The notes beneath the pieces were generated by a model. The model had not been told where the DNA came from, did not search any database, and saw nothing but the letters and a program-made list of their open reading frames with translations. The position numbers and the translations under genes were made by a program. This document shows, piece by piece, positions 1 through 9,110 of a stretch of 32,000 nt of DNA. Within the stretch, counting starts at the first letter, position 1; the number at the start of each line of letters is the position of its first letter. Where the stretch lies: assembly GCF_020641055.1 (NCBI RefSeq), contig NZ_CP067345.1. One strand, given 5' to 3'. Origin of the DNA: Clostridioides sp. ES-S-0010-02 (GTDB taxonomy: Bacteria > Bacillota > Clostridia > Peptostreptococcales > Peptostreptococcaceae).

Positions 1-154
1 ACAATGTATTGTAATATACATTCAATAAATCATCTGCTCTTTTACTTGCTTTTTTTTCACTAAGTTCATCTAAATTTTCCTGATTTTGAAAATTTGCTTT
101 AATATTTTTTGCTTCTAAAATACTTCTTATTTTATCTTCTTTACTTTGACTCAT
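1..154 (-). CDS. hypothetical protein, N-terminal fragment (gene continues past the left edge)
   Basis: ATG at 152-154 (complement), 5 nt downstream of an AAGGAGGGG RBS (160-168). The frame is open to position 1 and reads [51 protein letters not shown]. No family recognised. Confidence 0.5.
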   Translation of the reverse strand, partial: MSQSKEDKIRSILEAKNIKANFQNQENLDELSEKKASKRADDLLNVYYNTL

Positions 155-426
155 TTCTTCCCCTCCTTAAACTTTCTATACTTAGTATAAAACTTTTTAA
201 GAAGGGAAAAAAAGAGTCTATTACCCACTTTCTAAAATAATCTTTCTACAAAAAAATAAAACTTAAAACATTTTAGACCATAAATTTACCTTATATCTAA
301 ATATCTAAAAACCTACTGATTTATTAAAATATAAAGATTGTCCATTGTCTTGTTTTAAGCTTTAACATATACTATATTTAATTTTATAAAAATACTTAAT
401 CAATATATTTTTAAACTTAGTTTATA

Positions 427-1443
427 TTACTGGTTTATCTTAAGATTCGGAACTGCATTCAGACTCATATCATGTGTTTTATTGTTTATAAAATTATAAT
501 ATCCTGCGCAACCTATCATAGCAGCATTATCTGTACATAAAATTAAAGGAGGATATTTAACTATAATTCCACTCTCTTTTGCAAGTTCTGTTATTTTAGC
601 TCTAAGACCAGAGTTGGAAGCAACTCCACCAGAAAGAGTTATAACATCATAACCTTTATCTTTTGTCGCTTTTAATGCTTTAGTAGCTAAAACTTCAACT
701 ACTGCTTCTTGAAAAGATGCAGCAACATCTTCAACTACTATTTCTTCGTTTTTCATCCTTTTTCCATTTAAATAATTTAATACAGAAGATTTTAGACCAC
801 TAAAACTAAAGTCATAGCTATCATCTTCTAAATAAGCTCTTGGAAATTCTATAGCATGCTTATTCCCTTTTTTAGCTAAATTATCAATAATAGGTCCTCC
901 TGGATACCCCAAATTCATAGCCCTTGAAATCTTATCAAAGGCTTCTCCAGATGCATCATCTTTAGTCTTTCCTAAAATTTCATATTTACCATAATCTTTA
1001 ACTTCTACTAAGTGAGTATGACCTCCAGATACTATTAATGTTATAAAAGGAGGTTTTAAATCTTTATGCTCTATATAGTTTGCACTTAGATGTCCTTCAA
1101 TATGATTTACTCCTACAAGAGGAATATCCAATGTATATGCAAGTGCTTTAGCATAAGATAATCCTACTAATAAAGCCCCTACTAGTCCTGGGCCATATGT
1201 AACTGCAATGTGGTCTATATCATTAAATCCTATATTTGCCCCATCTAAAGCTTCTTGAACAACTATATCAATATTTTCAACGTGTTTTCTTGAAGCCACC
1301 TCTGGTACTACTCCGCCAAACTTTTTATGTGTTTCTATTTGAGTAGAGATTATGTTTGAAAGTACTTCTCTACCATTTTTTAAAACTGATGCAGCTGTTT
1401 CATCACAGCTACTCTCTATAGCTAATGTTATTATATCACCCAT
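427..1443 (-). CDS. tsaD: tRNA N6-adenosine threonylcarbamoyltransferase TsaD (Kae1/Gcp family)
   Basis: N-terminus [21 protein letters not shown] metal motif, full-length Gcp-like protein. I prefer the ATG at 1443 ([12 protein letters not shown]) because AAGAGGTG lies just upstream and it removes the overlap with rimI. The ORF-track start at 1473 is probably too long. Confidence 0.93.
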   Translation of the reverse strand: MGDIITLAIESSCDETAASVLKNGREVLSNIISTQIETHKKFGGVVPEVASRKHVENIDIVVQEALDGANIGFNDIDHIAVTYGPGLVGALLVGLSYAKALAYTLDIPLVGVNHIEGHLSANYIEHKDLKPPFITLIVSGGHTHLVEVKDYGKYEILGKTKDDASGEAFDKISRAMNLGYPGGPIIDNLAKKGNKHAIEFPRAYLEDDSYDFSFSGLKSSVLNYLNGKRMKNEEIVVEDVAASFQEAVVEVLATKALKATKDKGYDVITLSGGVASNSGLRAKITELAKESGIIVKYPPLILCTDNAAMIGCAGYYNFINNKTHDMSLNAVPNLKINQ

Positions 1444-1448
1444 AAACT

Positions 1449-1925
1449 CTACACCTCTTTTAATTGATTCCACATTATAATTGCATCTTCTTTGTTATCA
1501 TTATAGTATTCTTTTCTGATTCCACCCATTTTAAATCCATATTTTCTATATAGATTTTGTGCTATTTTATTTGATGCTCTAACTTCTAATGTCATAGACG
1601 CAATATTATTATCTTTACATAAATCAACTAATCTTTTTATTAACTTATCTCCTATTTTTTTGCCTCTATAGTCACTATGAACAGCCACATTATTTATATG
1701 ACCTTCATCAAGTATAAGCCAAATTCCAACATATCCAACTACTTTTCCATCTAGTTTTGCTACTATATACTTTGCTACTTCATTAGATAACTCTTTTCTA
1801 AAAGATTCTTTTGACCAATAATCTTCAAAACAATTTTTTTCCACTTCAAAAACTTCATCTATATCTTTAATAGTCATTTCTTCTATTTTTACATCATCTA
1901 TTATTTGTTTTGTATTATCTTTCAT
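1449..1925 (-). CDS. rimI: ribosomal-protein-alanine N-acetyltransferase (GNAT)
   Basis: GNAT acetyl-CoA motif ([15 protein letters not shown]) and its position between tsaB and tsaD, as in the conserved tsaE-tsaB-rimI-tsaD operon. Confidence 0.85.
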   Translation of the reverse strand: MKDNTKQIIDDVKIEEMTIKDIDEVFEVEKNCFEDYWSKESFRKELSNEVAKYIVAKLDGKVVGYVGIWLILDEGHINNVAVHSDYRGKKIGDKLIKRLVDLCKDNNIASMTLEVRASNKIAQNLYRKYGFKMGGIRKEYYNDNKEDAIIMWNQLKEV

Positions 1926-2631
1926 TATTTATCCTCTTCATTTTTTCGTCATATTGTACTTCGGCCTGAGATTTTCTGATATACATAGGGTTTATTGTAT
2001 AACAAGTATGTACATCTATATTTTTACTATATTTATTTAGTGCTACAGAACATAAGCTTCCTGCTTTAGATACATTATGAGCTGGTGAAGGTATCTTTAT
2101 ATTTTTTACGTTTTCTAGCTCATCCTTATATTTATAAACAGCTTCTCCAACTATTATAAATTCTTCATCACTTGATTTAATTTCCTTTAGTAAAGTTTCA
2201 AATTCTACAACATCGACACTATCTAACTCTATTAACTCTCCATCTTCAAACTTATATTTAGCTGAATACACCTGATTTTTTTGTGCATCTAATATAGAGC
2301 ATATTTTTCTTTCACATAAATTCATATTACCTGCTAAAGATTCTAAAGAATTTACTGCTATTATTGGTAGATTATTTACATGGGCTATAGCTTTTACTGT
2401 AGCCATACCTATTCTAAGACCTGTAAATGAACCAGGGCCTATACATATAGCTAACAAATCCATCTCTTTTATGTTTAAATCACTTATATCCAACATATTT
2501 TCTATCATTGGCATAAGCTTTTGTGAATGAGTTTTTTTGTTATTTACTGTAAACTCACAGATTAAATTATCATCTTCAACAACTGCTACACTTGCTGCCA
2601 TAGAAGATGTATCTATACCTAATATCTTCAT
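1915..2631 (-). CDS. tsaB: tRNA threonylcarbamoyladenosine biosynthesis protein TsaB
   Basis: MKILGIDTSS N-terminus, ASKHA fold lacking catalytic residues. Start overlaps the tsaE stop by 1 nt (TAATG). 11-nt overlap with rimI. Confidence 0.9.
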   Translation of the reverse strand: MKILGIDTSSMAASVAVVEDDNLICEFTVNNKKTHSQKLMPMIENMLDISDLNIKEMDLLAICIGPGSFTGLRIGMATVKAIAHVNNLPIIAVNSLESLAGNMNLCERKICSILDAQKNQVYSAKYKFEDGELIELDSVDVVEFETLLKEIKSSDEEFIIVGEAVYKYKDELENVKNIKIPSPAHNVSKAGSLCSVALNKYSKNIDVHTCYTINPMYIRKSQAEVQYDEKMKRINNER

Positions 2632-3083
2632 TATTTAATCAACTCCTCAACTATACTTTTATAATAATCTCCTTTTGGAGTTAATATCATTTCTCTTCCT
2701 TCATCTTTGTACCTTAATTCTATGTTTAAATATTCTTTTGGAAGTATATCTTCTATTAAATTACCCCATTCAATTATACAGATTCCATTTGAATTTATAT
2801 ATTCATCATATCCAATATCATACATTTCATCACTACTACCAATTCTATAAACATCAAAATGATACAAAGGTATTTTTCCTTCATATTCGTTTATTATAGT
2901 AAAAGTTGGGCTTGTTATATAATCATTTATACCTAATGAGTCTGCTAAGCTTTGTGTCATTGTGGTCTTTCCAGATCCTAAATCCCCCACTAAACAAATT
3001 ACACTACCTCCTTTTAATAATTTACCTAATTTATATCCTATTTCTCTAGTTTTACTTTCATTTTCTAAATATATTTTTGCCAT
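2631..3083 (-). CDS. tsaE: tRNA threonylcarbamoyladenosine biosynthesis ATPase TsaE
   Basis: P-loop GDLGSGKTT followed by SPTFTI and the HFDVYR motif typical of YjeE/TsaE. Confidence 0.9.
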   Translation of the reverse strand: MAKIYLENESKTREIGYKLGKLLKGGSVICLVGDLGSGKTTMTQSLADSLGINDYITSPTFTIINEYEGKIPLYHFDVYRIGSSDEMYDIGYDEYINSNGICIIEWGNLIEDILPKEYLNIELRYKDEGREMILTPKGDYYKSIVEELIK

Positions 3084-3223
3084 TAATTCATCTCCATCTT
3101 GATATAATCGTCGTGTGAATTTATATCACTGCTTAATTAATTATAGTATAAGCCCCAACTATTATAAAGTACTTCTATTTATCTTTTTTGTTTATCTTTC
3201 AATATTAATGATTCTATTAAAAC

Positions 3224-4264
3224 TTATATATAATCATCAATAGCAATCCTTACATATTCTTTTGCCTTACAATTTTGTTTCAGGGCTTCTTTACATATTT
3301 CCTCTGATTGCTCTTTTACATACTTGAGAGATTTATAATTTTCTTTTACTGCTTCAATGCACATTTTTTCTGTTTGATTCTTTATATACATAAGCATCTT
3401 TCCATTTTGTCTTACAATCTCTGTACATATCTCTTCTGTATAGTTATCTATGTAATTTAGTACATCTTTAATATTGTACTTTTTATCCAAGTATCTTATA
3501 GCTCTTATACATGTTTCTTCTGTCTTATTATTAACAAATTGTAGGCTTCTTCCATCTTGTTTAACTGCTTCTAAACATATTCTTTCTGTTTGCTGATTTA
3601 CATATTGTAATGCCATACCATTTTGACTTACAGCTTCAATACACATTTTTTCTGTTTGGTTTTGTACATATTTAAGTGCTTTATAGTTTCGTTTTATTGC
3701 TTCTATACATAATTCTTCACTTTGTTCTCTAACATATGCAAGACACCTGCCATCTTTTTTAATTGCTTCTAAACATATTTTTCTTGTTTGAACCTCTAAA
3801 GCTTTTAATATACTTACAACATCTATATTAGAAGAACATCTTATTGCTTTTATAATAAGTTCTTCTGTTTGACTTCTTACATACTTAAGTGCATTGCAAT
3901 CTTTTTTTATTGCTTCAAGGCATATATACTCAGTTTGTTCTTTTACATATTCAAGTGCTCTATAATTGTACCTTATAGCTTCTAAACATAATTCTTCTGT
4001 TTGCTCTTTTACATACTTCAAAGCTTTATAATTCTGTCTTATAGCTAAAATACACATACCATCTGTTTGATTATTTATATTTTCTAATTCATGATAGTCA
4101 TACTTCACTCTTTCCATATTTTCAATATATTCATTCGTAATATACTTTAAAGAATCTCCTAACATTTTACTATCAATGCCTATATGAATATTTTCCCAAT
4201 CACTATTAAAATAATACCCTTTATCGTCTAAAAATACTTTTTTCATTTTTTTACATACTTTCAT
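3224..4264 (-). CDS. DUF4116-type repeat protein, function unknown
   Basis: A 65-aa unique N-terminus followed by about 12 tandem 22-aa units, consensus QTEElCxEAxKxNxxALKYVxx. AGGAGAG RBS 7 nt upstream of the ATG at 4264. No signal peptide or TM segment seen. Confidence 0.8.
   Translation of the reverse strand: MKVCKKMKKVFLDDKGYYFNSDWENIHIGIDSKMLGDSLKYITNEYIENMERVKYDYHELENINNQTDGMCILAIRQNYKALKYVKEQTEELCLEAIRYNYRALEYVKEQTEYICLEAIKKDCNALKYVRSQTEELIIKAIRCSSNIDVVSILKALEVQTRKICLEAIKKDGRCLAYVREQSEELCIEAIKRNYKALKYVQNQTEKMCIEAVSQNGMALQYVNQQTERICLEAVKQDGRSLQFVNNKTEETCIRAIRYLDKKYNIKDVLNYIDNYTEEICTEIVRQNGKMLMYIKNQTEKMCIEAVKENYKSLKYVKEQSEEICKEALKQNCKAKEYVRIAIDDYI
3245..4069 (-). repeat. intragenic 66-nt (22-codon) periodic repeat array inside the DUF4116 gene
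   Basis: Twelve diverged copies are readable at the protein level. Two of them (units 4 and 9) carry 5-6 aa insertions. The DNA copies are diverged, so this is not a recent expansion. Confidence 0.75.
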
Positions 4265-4292
4265 AAATCTACTCTCCTATCATCATTAAATT

Positions 4293-4344
4293 AGTTATTA
4301 TTAAGAATTACAATTCAAAACATTATTTATTCTTAATAATAACT
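4293..4344. repeat. perfect 16-bp inverted repeat with a 20-nt spacer in the DUF4116 gene 5' region
   Basis: AGTTATTATTAAGAAT (4293-4308) and ATTCTTAATAATAACT (4329-4344) are exact reverse complements. The repeat lies about 29 nt upstream of the ATG at 4264. Confidence 0.8.
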
Positions 4345-4494
4345 TTATTTTTTGTCTATTATGAATTCGCTCTGCATATTGTAGATACCTTTTTAGTATT
4401 TTAATAGTTAATCGTTTTAATTCTTCCTTTATTTTAAAAATTAAATCTGTCTAAATATTTCTTATTTTAAATACATTTTTTGATAAATTAATAA

Positions 4495-4558
4495 AGCCAT
4501 AATGTATTTAATACATCAATCACAACATGAGACTGAAGTTATAAATAAATTATGGCTT
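4495..4558 (-). terminator. possible ribU terminator (long-loop hairpin)
   Basis: AAGCCATAAT (4495-4504) pairs with ATTATGGCTT (4549-4558), 43 nt downstream of the ribU stop. The loop is 44 nt and the downstream tract is A/T-mixed, so this is weak. Confidence 0.3.
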
Positions 4559-4600
4559 TCCAATATATTTAATTTTAAAATTTTATATTTTCTTGTCTGA

Positions 4601-5206
4601 TTATTTTTTTATTACATTTCCCATTTTTTTATAAAGTGGTAATGTTACTAAAGATATTATCACAGCTTTTAGTACATTAAATGGAGCTATCATCCAAATT
4701 ACAAAAGTAAATAGGTCATGAATCTTAGGATTTATAGCTGAACCTAACCCTATTATAGCATCTAGTCCCATAAATTGACCATAAAGTGGTAACATTACAA
4801 AGTAATTTAACACTGAGCCAATTATAGTCATAGCTATTGTTCCTAATACAAATCCAATTAATATGCCTTTTAAATCTTTACTTTTCTTATATGAATAACA
4901 AAGTATCATTACATAAGAACCACCAATTAATATATTTGCAAACTCTCCTACTCCTCCAGTTGTTGTTGCTGTAATCGCTTGTAGTATATTTTTTACTACA
5001 ACTATTCCAAATCCAACTAATGGTCCTAAAGACATCCCTCCAAATATTGCTGGAATATCTGATAAGTCAATTTTTAAGAAATCTGGAAATATACCTGGTA
5101 TTGGTGCTTGAATAAACATTAGTAAATAAGATATTGCTGATAAAATTGACATTACTACTAAAGTTCTTGTTGAAATCATATTACTTCTTTTTGCTGTACT
5201 TTGCAT
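4601..5206 (-). CDS. ribU: ECF-transporter S component, riboflavin transporter RibU
   Basis: 201-aa polytopic membrane protein of the ECF S-component type, directly downstream of an FMN riboswitch. AGGAGGA RBS before the ATG at 5206. Confidence 0.85.
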   Translation of the reverse strand: MQSTAKRSNMISTRTLVVMSILSAISYLLMFIQAPIPGIFPDFLKIDLSDIPAIFGGMSLGPLVGFGIVVVKNILQAITATTTGGVGEFANILIGGSYVMILCYSYKKSKDLKGILIGFVLGTIAMTIIGSVLNYFVMLPLYGQFMGLDAIIGLGSAINPKIHDLFTFVIWMIAPFNVLKAVIISLVTLPLYKKMGNVIKK

Positions 5207-5247
5207 AATTATTATCCTCCTAATAAATATATTTATATTTTTTTAGG

Positions 5248-5285
5248 AAAAACAAAAAACTCGAAGACCTTATCTTCGAGTTTTT
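5248..5285 (-). terminator. FMN riboswitch expression-platform terminator
   Basis: On the minus strand, CTCGAAGA-uaagg-TCTTCGAG is followed by TTTTTTGTTTTT. It sits between the aptamer and the ribU RBS. Confidence 0.8.
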
Positions 5286-5335
5286 ATGGATATAGTTTAA
5301 ACAAACTAAAATAAACTTATTTATATTCCATAAAT

Positions 5336-5452
5336 ATCTTCTCTCATCCAGACTTTACTGTCGGCTTTGGAATTTCACCAAATCAACCACATAAGTAGTT
5401 CGCGGGCTATACCGCCGGTAGGGAATCTCACCCTGCCCCGAAGATCTTCTTT
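5336..5452 (-). promoter_or_regulatory. FMN riboswitch (RFN element) aptamer
   Basis: Minus strand reads AGAAGATCTTCGGGGCAGGGTGAGATTCCCTACCGGCGGTATAGCCCGCGA...GATTTGGTGAAATTCCAAAGCCGACAGTAAAGTCTGGATGAGAGAAG. This matches the conserved RFN core blocks. Confidence 0.92.
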
Positions 5453-5478
5453 GATTTTTTAATTTTCCTTACACTCTT

Positions 5479-5507
5479 ATATTAGTTAATTTTTTAATAA
5501 TTGTCAA
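5479..5507 (-). promoter_or_regulatory. sigma-A type promoter of the FMN riboswitch-ribU unit
   Basis: TTGACA (5502-5507), exact 17-nt spacer, TAATAT (5479-5484). Lies about 25 nt upstream of the aptamer. Confidence 0.6.
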
Positions 5508-5508
5508 G

Positions 5509-6675
5509 TTATTTTTTTTCATACACTACTTTCCCATTTATTATAGTGTAAAGTACATTACTTTGAATCTCTAGTGGAGAATTATCCCAAATTACTATAT
5601 CTGCATCTTTACCAACTTCTATAGAACCTACTCTATCTTCAATTCCTAGAGTCTTAGCTGGATTTATTGTAATGGATTCTATTGCTTTTTCTTCTTTCAT
5701 TCCATGCTTAACTGCTATCCCTGCACATATTGGAAGATATTGAACTGGTATTACTGGATGGTCTGTCATTATACATACATCAAGTCCTGCATTTGAAAGT
5801 ATTCCAGCTGTATTAAACGTTAAATTTCTAAGTTCAAATTTAGACCTTTCTGATAATGATGGCCCTACTATTACAGGAAATCCTTCTTCCAATAGCTCCT
5901 CCACTATAAGATGACCTTCTGTACAATGGTCTAATGTAAGCTTTAAATTAAACTCTTTTGCAATCCTTATGGCTGTGAACATATCATCAGCTCTATGGGC
6001 ATGTGCTTTAAAAGGAATTTCTCCTCTTAAAACGGGTATTAAACTTTCCATTTTTATATCATATTCAGGTTTTTCACAATCTTCATCATCATGACTTTCA
6101 TACAGGTCGACTTCCTCTAAATATTCTTCTGCTTTTTTAAGATTCTCTCTAAGTAATGAAGCTATTGCCATTCTAGTTTGTGGAGATTTATCATCTTGAC
6201 CATAACAGCTTTTTGGATTTTCTCCAAAGGCTATTTTAGATGCTACTGGATTTTTTATTACCATTTTATCAATTCTTTTCCCATAGGTCTTTATAGCTAT
6301 ACATTGACCTCCCATAACATTTGCACTTCCAGGAGTTGTACATACAGAAGTTATACCACCTTCAAAAGCTTCTTTAAATGTTCTGTCCATTGGATTAATC
6401 CCATCTATAGGATTTAATTGTGGTGTTATTGGGTCAGTTTCTTCATTTCCATCTGCTCCTTCAAATCCTATACCATCTTCCCACAATCCTAAATGAGTAT
6501 GGGCATCTATAAACCCTGGAAACACAAATTTACCACTTGCATCTATCACCTCTACATCTAAAGGTGCTATTAAGTCTTTTCCTATCTCTATTATTTTTCC
6601 TTGGTCTATAAGTATATCTCCCTGAATTATTCCATTTGTTATGGTATTTATATTACCATTTTTTATAAAAACCAT
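5509..6675 (-). CDS. metal-dependent amidohydrolase family protein (COG1228-like)
   Basis: PGFIDAHTHLG (HxH metal motif) near the N-terminus and a GKDADIV motif near the C-terminus. Substrate not inferable. Confidence 0.75.
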   Translation of the reverse strand: MVFIKNGNINTITNGIIQGDILIDQGKIIEIGKDLIAPLDVEVIDASGKFVFPGFIDAHTHLGLWEDGIGFEGADGNEETDPITPQLNPIDGINPMDRTFKEAFEGGITSVCTTPGSANVMGGQCIAIKTYGKRIDKMVIKNPVASKIAFGENPKSCYGQDDKSPQTRMAIASLLRENLKKAEEYLEEVDLYESHDDEDCEKPEYDIKMESLIPVLRGEIPFKAHAHRADDMFTAIRIAKEFNLKLTLDHCTEGHLIVEELLEEGFPVIVGPSLSERSKFELRNLTFNTAGILSNAGLDVCIMTDHPVIPVQYLPICAGIAVKHGMKEEKAIESITINPAKTLGIEDRVGSIEVGKDADIVIWDNSPLEIQSNVLYTIINGKVVYEKK

Positions 6676-6822
6676 TCATTTTCCTCCTGATTTTCAATAC
6701 TATACTAACTATTTTAAATATTATCTCTTTACAGTCTCATTTCATAATTTCTTAAATTTTTTATTATGCTACTTACATTTATAATTGTTACACATAAGTA
6801 TCATAACTAAACATAAATTAAC

Positions 6823-8964
6823 CTATTTTTTCATTGATAATGCAACTCTTTTTTTATTTAAATCAATTCCAATTACCTTTACATCTACTATATCACCTAC
6901 TGTAACAATACTCATAGGGTCTTTTACAAAGCTATTACTCATTTCTGATTTATGAACTAGCCCATCATTTTTTATTCCAATATCTACAAATGCTCCAAAA
7001 TCTACAACATTTCTTATTGTACCTTTTAAAGACATCCCTTCTTGTATATCTTCAATTTTTAGGACATCAGTTCTAAGTATAGGCTTTATTCCTTCTTCTC
7101 TTGGGTCTCTTCCTGGTTTTTTAATCTCAGCTATGATATCTCTTAAAGTAACTTGGCCTACTTCCAATTTTTCACTTAATTCTCTCAAACCAATTTCCTT
7201 AACTTTTTCATCTATTTCTTCTATATTTTTATTTTTTACATCATCCAAAGAATATCCTATTATTTCAATCATTTTTTTGCATATATCATAACTTTCAGGA
7301 TGTACACCTGTATTATCTAGAGGATTCTTTCCATCTAAGATTCTCATAAATCCAGCACATTGAGTAAATGCTTGAGGGCCAAGTCTTTTTACTTTTTTCA
7401 GTTGTACTCTTGATGTAAAGTCTCCATTTTCTTCTCTATATGCTATTATATTTTTTGCGATAACCTTACTTATTCCTGCAATATGCTCTAATAGAGAATA
7501 TGATGCAGTATTTAAATCTACTCCAACACTATTTACGGAATCCTCAACAACTCCATTTAATACTTCTTCTAATCTCTTCTTATTTAAGTCATGTTGATAT
7601 TGGCCTACACCTATACTCTTAGGGTCTATTTTCACAAGTTCTGCTAAGGGGTCTTGTAGTCTTCTCGCTATAGATATAGCTCCTCTTATTGATACATTTA
7701 TATCTGGATGTTCTTCATTTGCGAGTTCAGATGCTGAGTAAACTGATGCACCAGCTTCGCTGACTATAACATATTGAATGTCTCTATCTATCTCTTTTAT
7801 CATTTCTGACACAAATGTTTCTGACTCTCTTGATGCTGTCCCATTTCCTATTGAAATTATGTCTATATTATATTTTTCAATTAATTCTTTTAAAGTCTTC
7901 TTGGCCCCTTCTACATTATTTTGAGGGTCTGTTGGATATACTGTTGTATAGTCCAATAATTTACCATTTTTATCTACAACCGCTATTTTGCAACCAGTTC
8001 TAAATGCAGGGTCAAATCCCATAACTACTTTATCTTTAACTGGTGGTTGAAGTAATAAACTTTTAACATTTTTTCCAAATACACTTATAGCCCTTTCTTG
8101 AGCTATTTCTGTCAGATGATTTCTTATTTCTCTTTCTATCGATGGGAAAATTAATCTTTTATATGAATCTTCTATTGAATTTACAATTTCATCTTTATTC
8201 TTAAAGTTTTTATCATTTACATATTCATTTACTATATAATTTAAAACTTTATCATTATTTATTTCTAATTTAACTTTTAAAAAATTCTCTTTTTCTCCTC
8301 TATTTATTGCTAAAACTCTATGTGGAGCCATACTTTTCACTGCTTCACTATAATCGTAATACATATCATAAACTGATTTCTCATCAGTAGAACTTTTACT
8401 AACTATCATTCCTTCTCTTAAAGCAAGCTCTCTTATGTATTTTCTAATCTTCGCATCATCTGAAACTGTTTCTGCAATTATATCTCTTGCACCTTTTAAG
8501 GCATCCTCAACAGAAGTTACTTCTTTTTCTTCATTTATATAACTCTTCGCCTCTAAATCTATATTATCTAGATTACTCTCTAGTATTGATACTGCTAGAT
8601 TTTCTAACCCTTTTTCTTTTGCTATTGTTGCTCTAGTTCTTTTCTTTTGTTTATATGGAGCATATATATCTTCTACTTCTTGTAGTGTTTTTGCTTTTTC
8701 TATATTTTGTGTTATCTCATCTGTTAATTTTCCTTGTTCATCTATTAATCTAACTACATCATCTTTTCTACTTTGAAGGTTTCTTAGATACATCAATTTT
8801 TCATAGAATTCCCTTAATGTGACATCACTCATCTCACCAGTCATTTCTTTTCTGTATCTAGCTATAAATGGTATTGTATTTCCTTCATCAATAAGCTTTA
8901 GCGTATTATTTATTTGTTCATCTTTGAGATTAAATTCATTTTTTAAGATTTGATTTATATCCAA
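6823..8964 (-). CDS. tex: Tex-like transcription accessory protein (YqgF/HhH/S1 domains)
   Basis: N-terminal IPFIARYRKE motif, central YqgF-like and HhH regions, C-terminal S1 domain (GTIRNVVDFGAFVDIG). Apparent TTG start at 8962-8964 with an AGGAGTGA RBS. Confidence 0.9.
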   Translation of the reverse strand: MDINQILKNEFNLKDEQINNTLKLIDEGNTIPFIARYRKEMTGEMSDVTLREFYEKLMYLRNLQSRKDDVVRLIDEQGKLTDEITQNIEKAKTLQEVEDIYAPYKQKKRTRATIAKEKGLENLAVSILESNLDNIDLEAKSYINEEKEVTSVEDALKGARDIIAETVSDDAKIRKYIRELALREGMIVSKSSTDEKSVYDMYYDYSEAVKSMAPHRVLAINRGEKENFLKVKLEINNDKVLNYIVNEYVNDKNFKNKDEIVNSIEDSYKRLIFPSIEREIRNHLTEIAQERAISVFGKNVKSLLLQPPVKDKVVMGFDPAFRTGCKIAVVDKNGKLLDYTTVYPTDPQNNVEGAKKTLKELIEKYNIDIISIGNGTASRESETFVSEMIKEIDRDIQYVIVSEAGASVYSASELANEEHPDINVSIRGAISIARRLQDPLAELVKIDPKSIGVGQYQHDLNKKRLEEVLNGVVEDSVNSVGVDLNTASYSLLEHIAGISKVIAKNIIAYREENGDFTSRVQLKKVKRLGPQAFTQCAGFMRILDGKNPLDNTGVHPESYDICKKMIEIIGYSLDDVKNKNIEEIDEKVKEIGLRELSEKLEVGQVTLRDIIAEIKKPGRDPREEGIKPILRTDVLKIEDIQEGMSLKGTIRNVVDFGAFVDIGIKNDGLVHKSEMSNSFVKDPMSIVTVGDIVDVKVIGIDLNKKRVALSMKK

Positions 8965-9002
8965 TTTTTTTCACTCCTAATGTTAGTTTTTTCATAAGTA
9001 TA

Positions 9003-9068
9003 ACAAACAGAACGAAGGCTGAGGGTTGTAGTCCTCAGCCTAAGTGCTGTAAAGTGCATAGTAAGCAC
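9003..9068 (-). terminator. two tandem hairpins downstream of prfB (likely secA-prfB terminator)
   Basis: Minus strand has AGTGCT...AGCACT (9043-9068), then GGCTGAGG-acuacaac-CCTCAGCC (9017-9040), followed by a T-rich tract TTCGTTCTGTTTGTT. Confidence 0.5.
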
Positions 9069-9110
9069 TAACCTTCTTATATATCTATCCTAATTACTGT
9101 ACATTGTTTA

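Noticed and set aside
1444-1473. Longer N-terminal extensions given by the ORF track: tsaD to 1473, hpf to 13609, Ntn hydrolase to 16938, regulator to 21624, ykvI-like to 26323, prfB start at 10130.
   Set aside because: In each case a downstream ATG has a properly spaced GGAGG-type RBS and matches the family N-terminus. The longer versions start at TTG or GTG without an RBS, or overlap the upstream gene.
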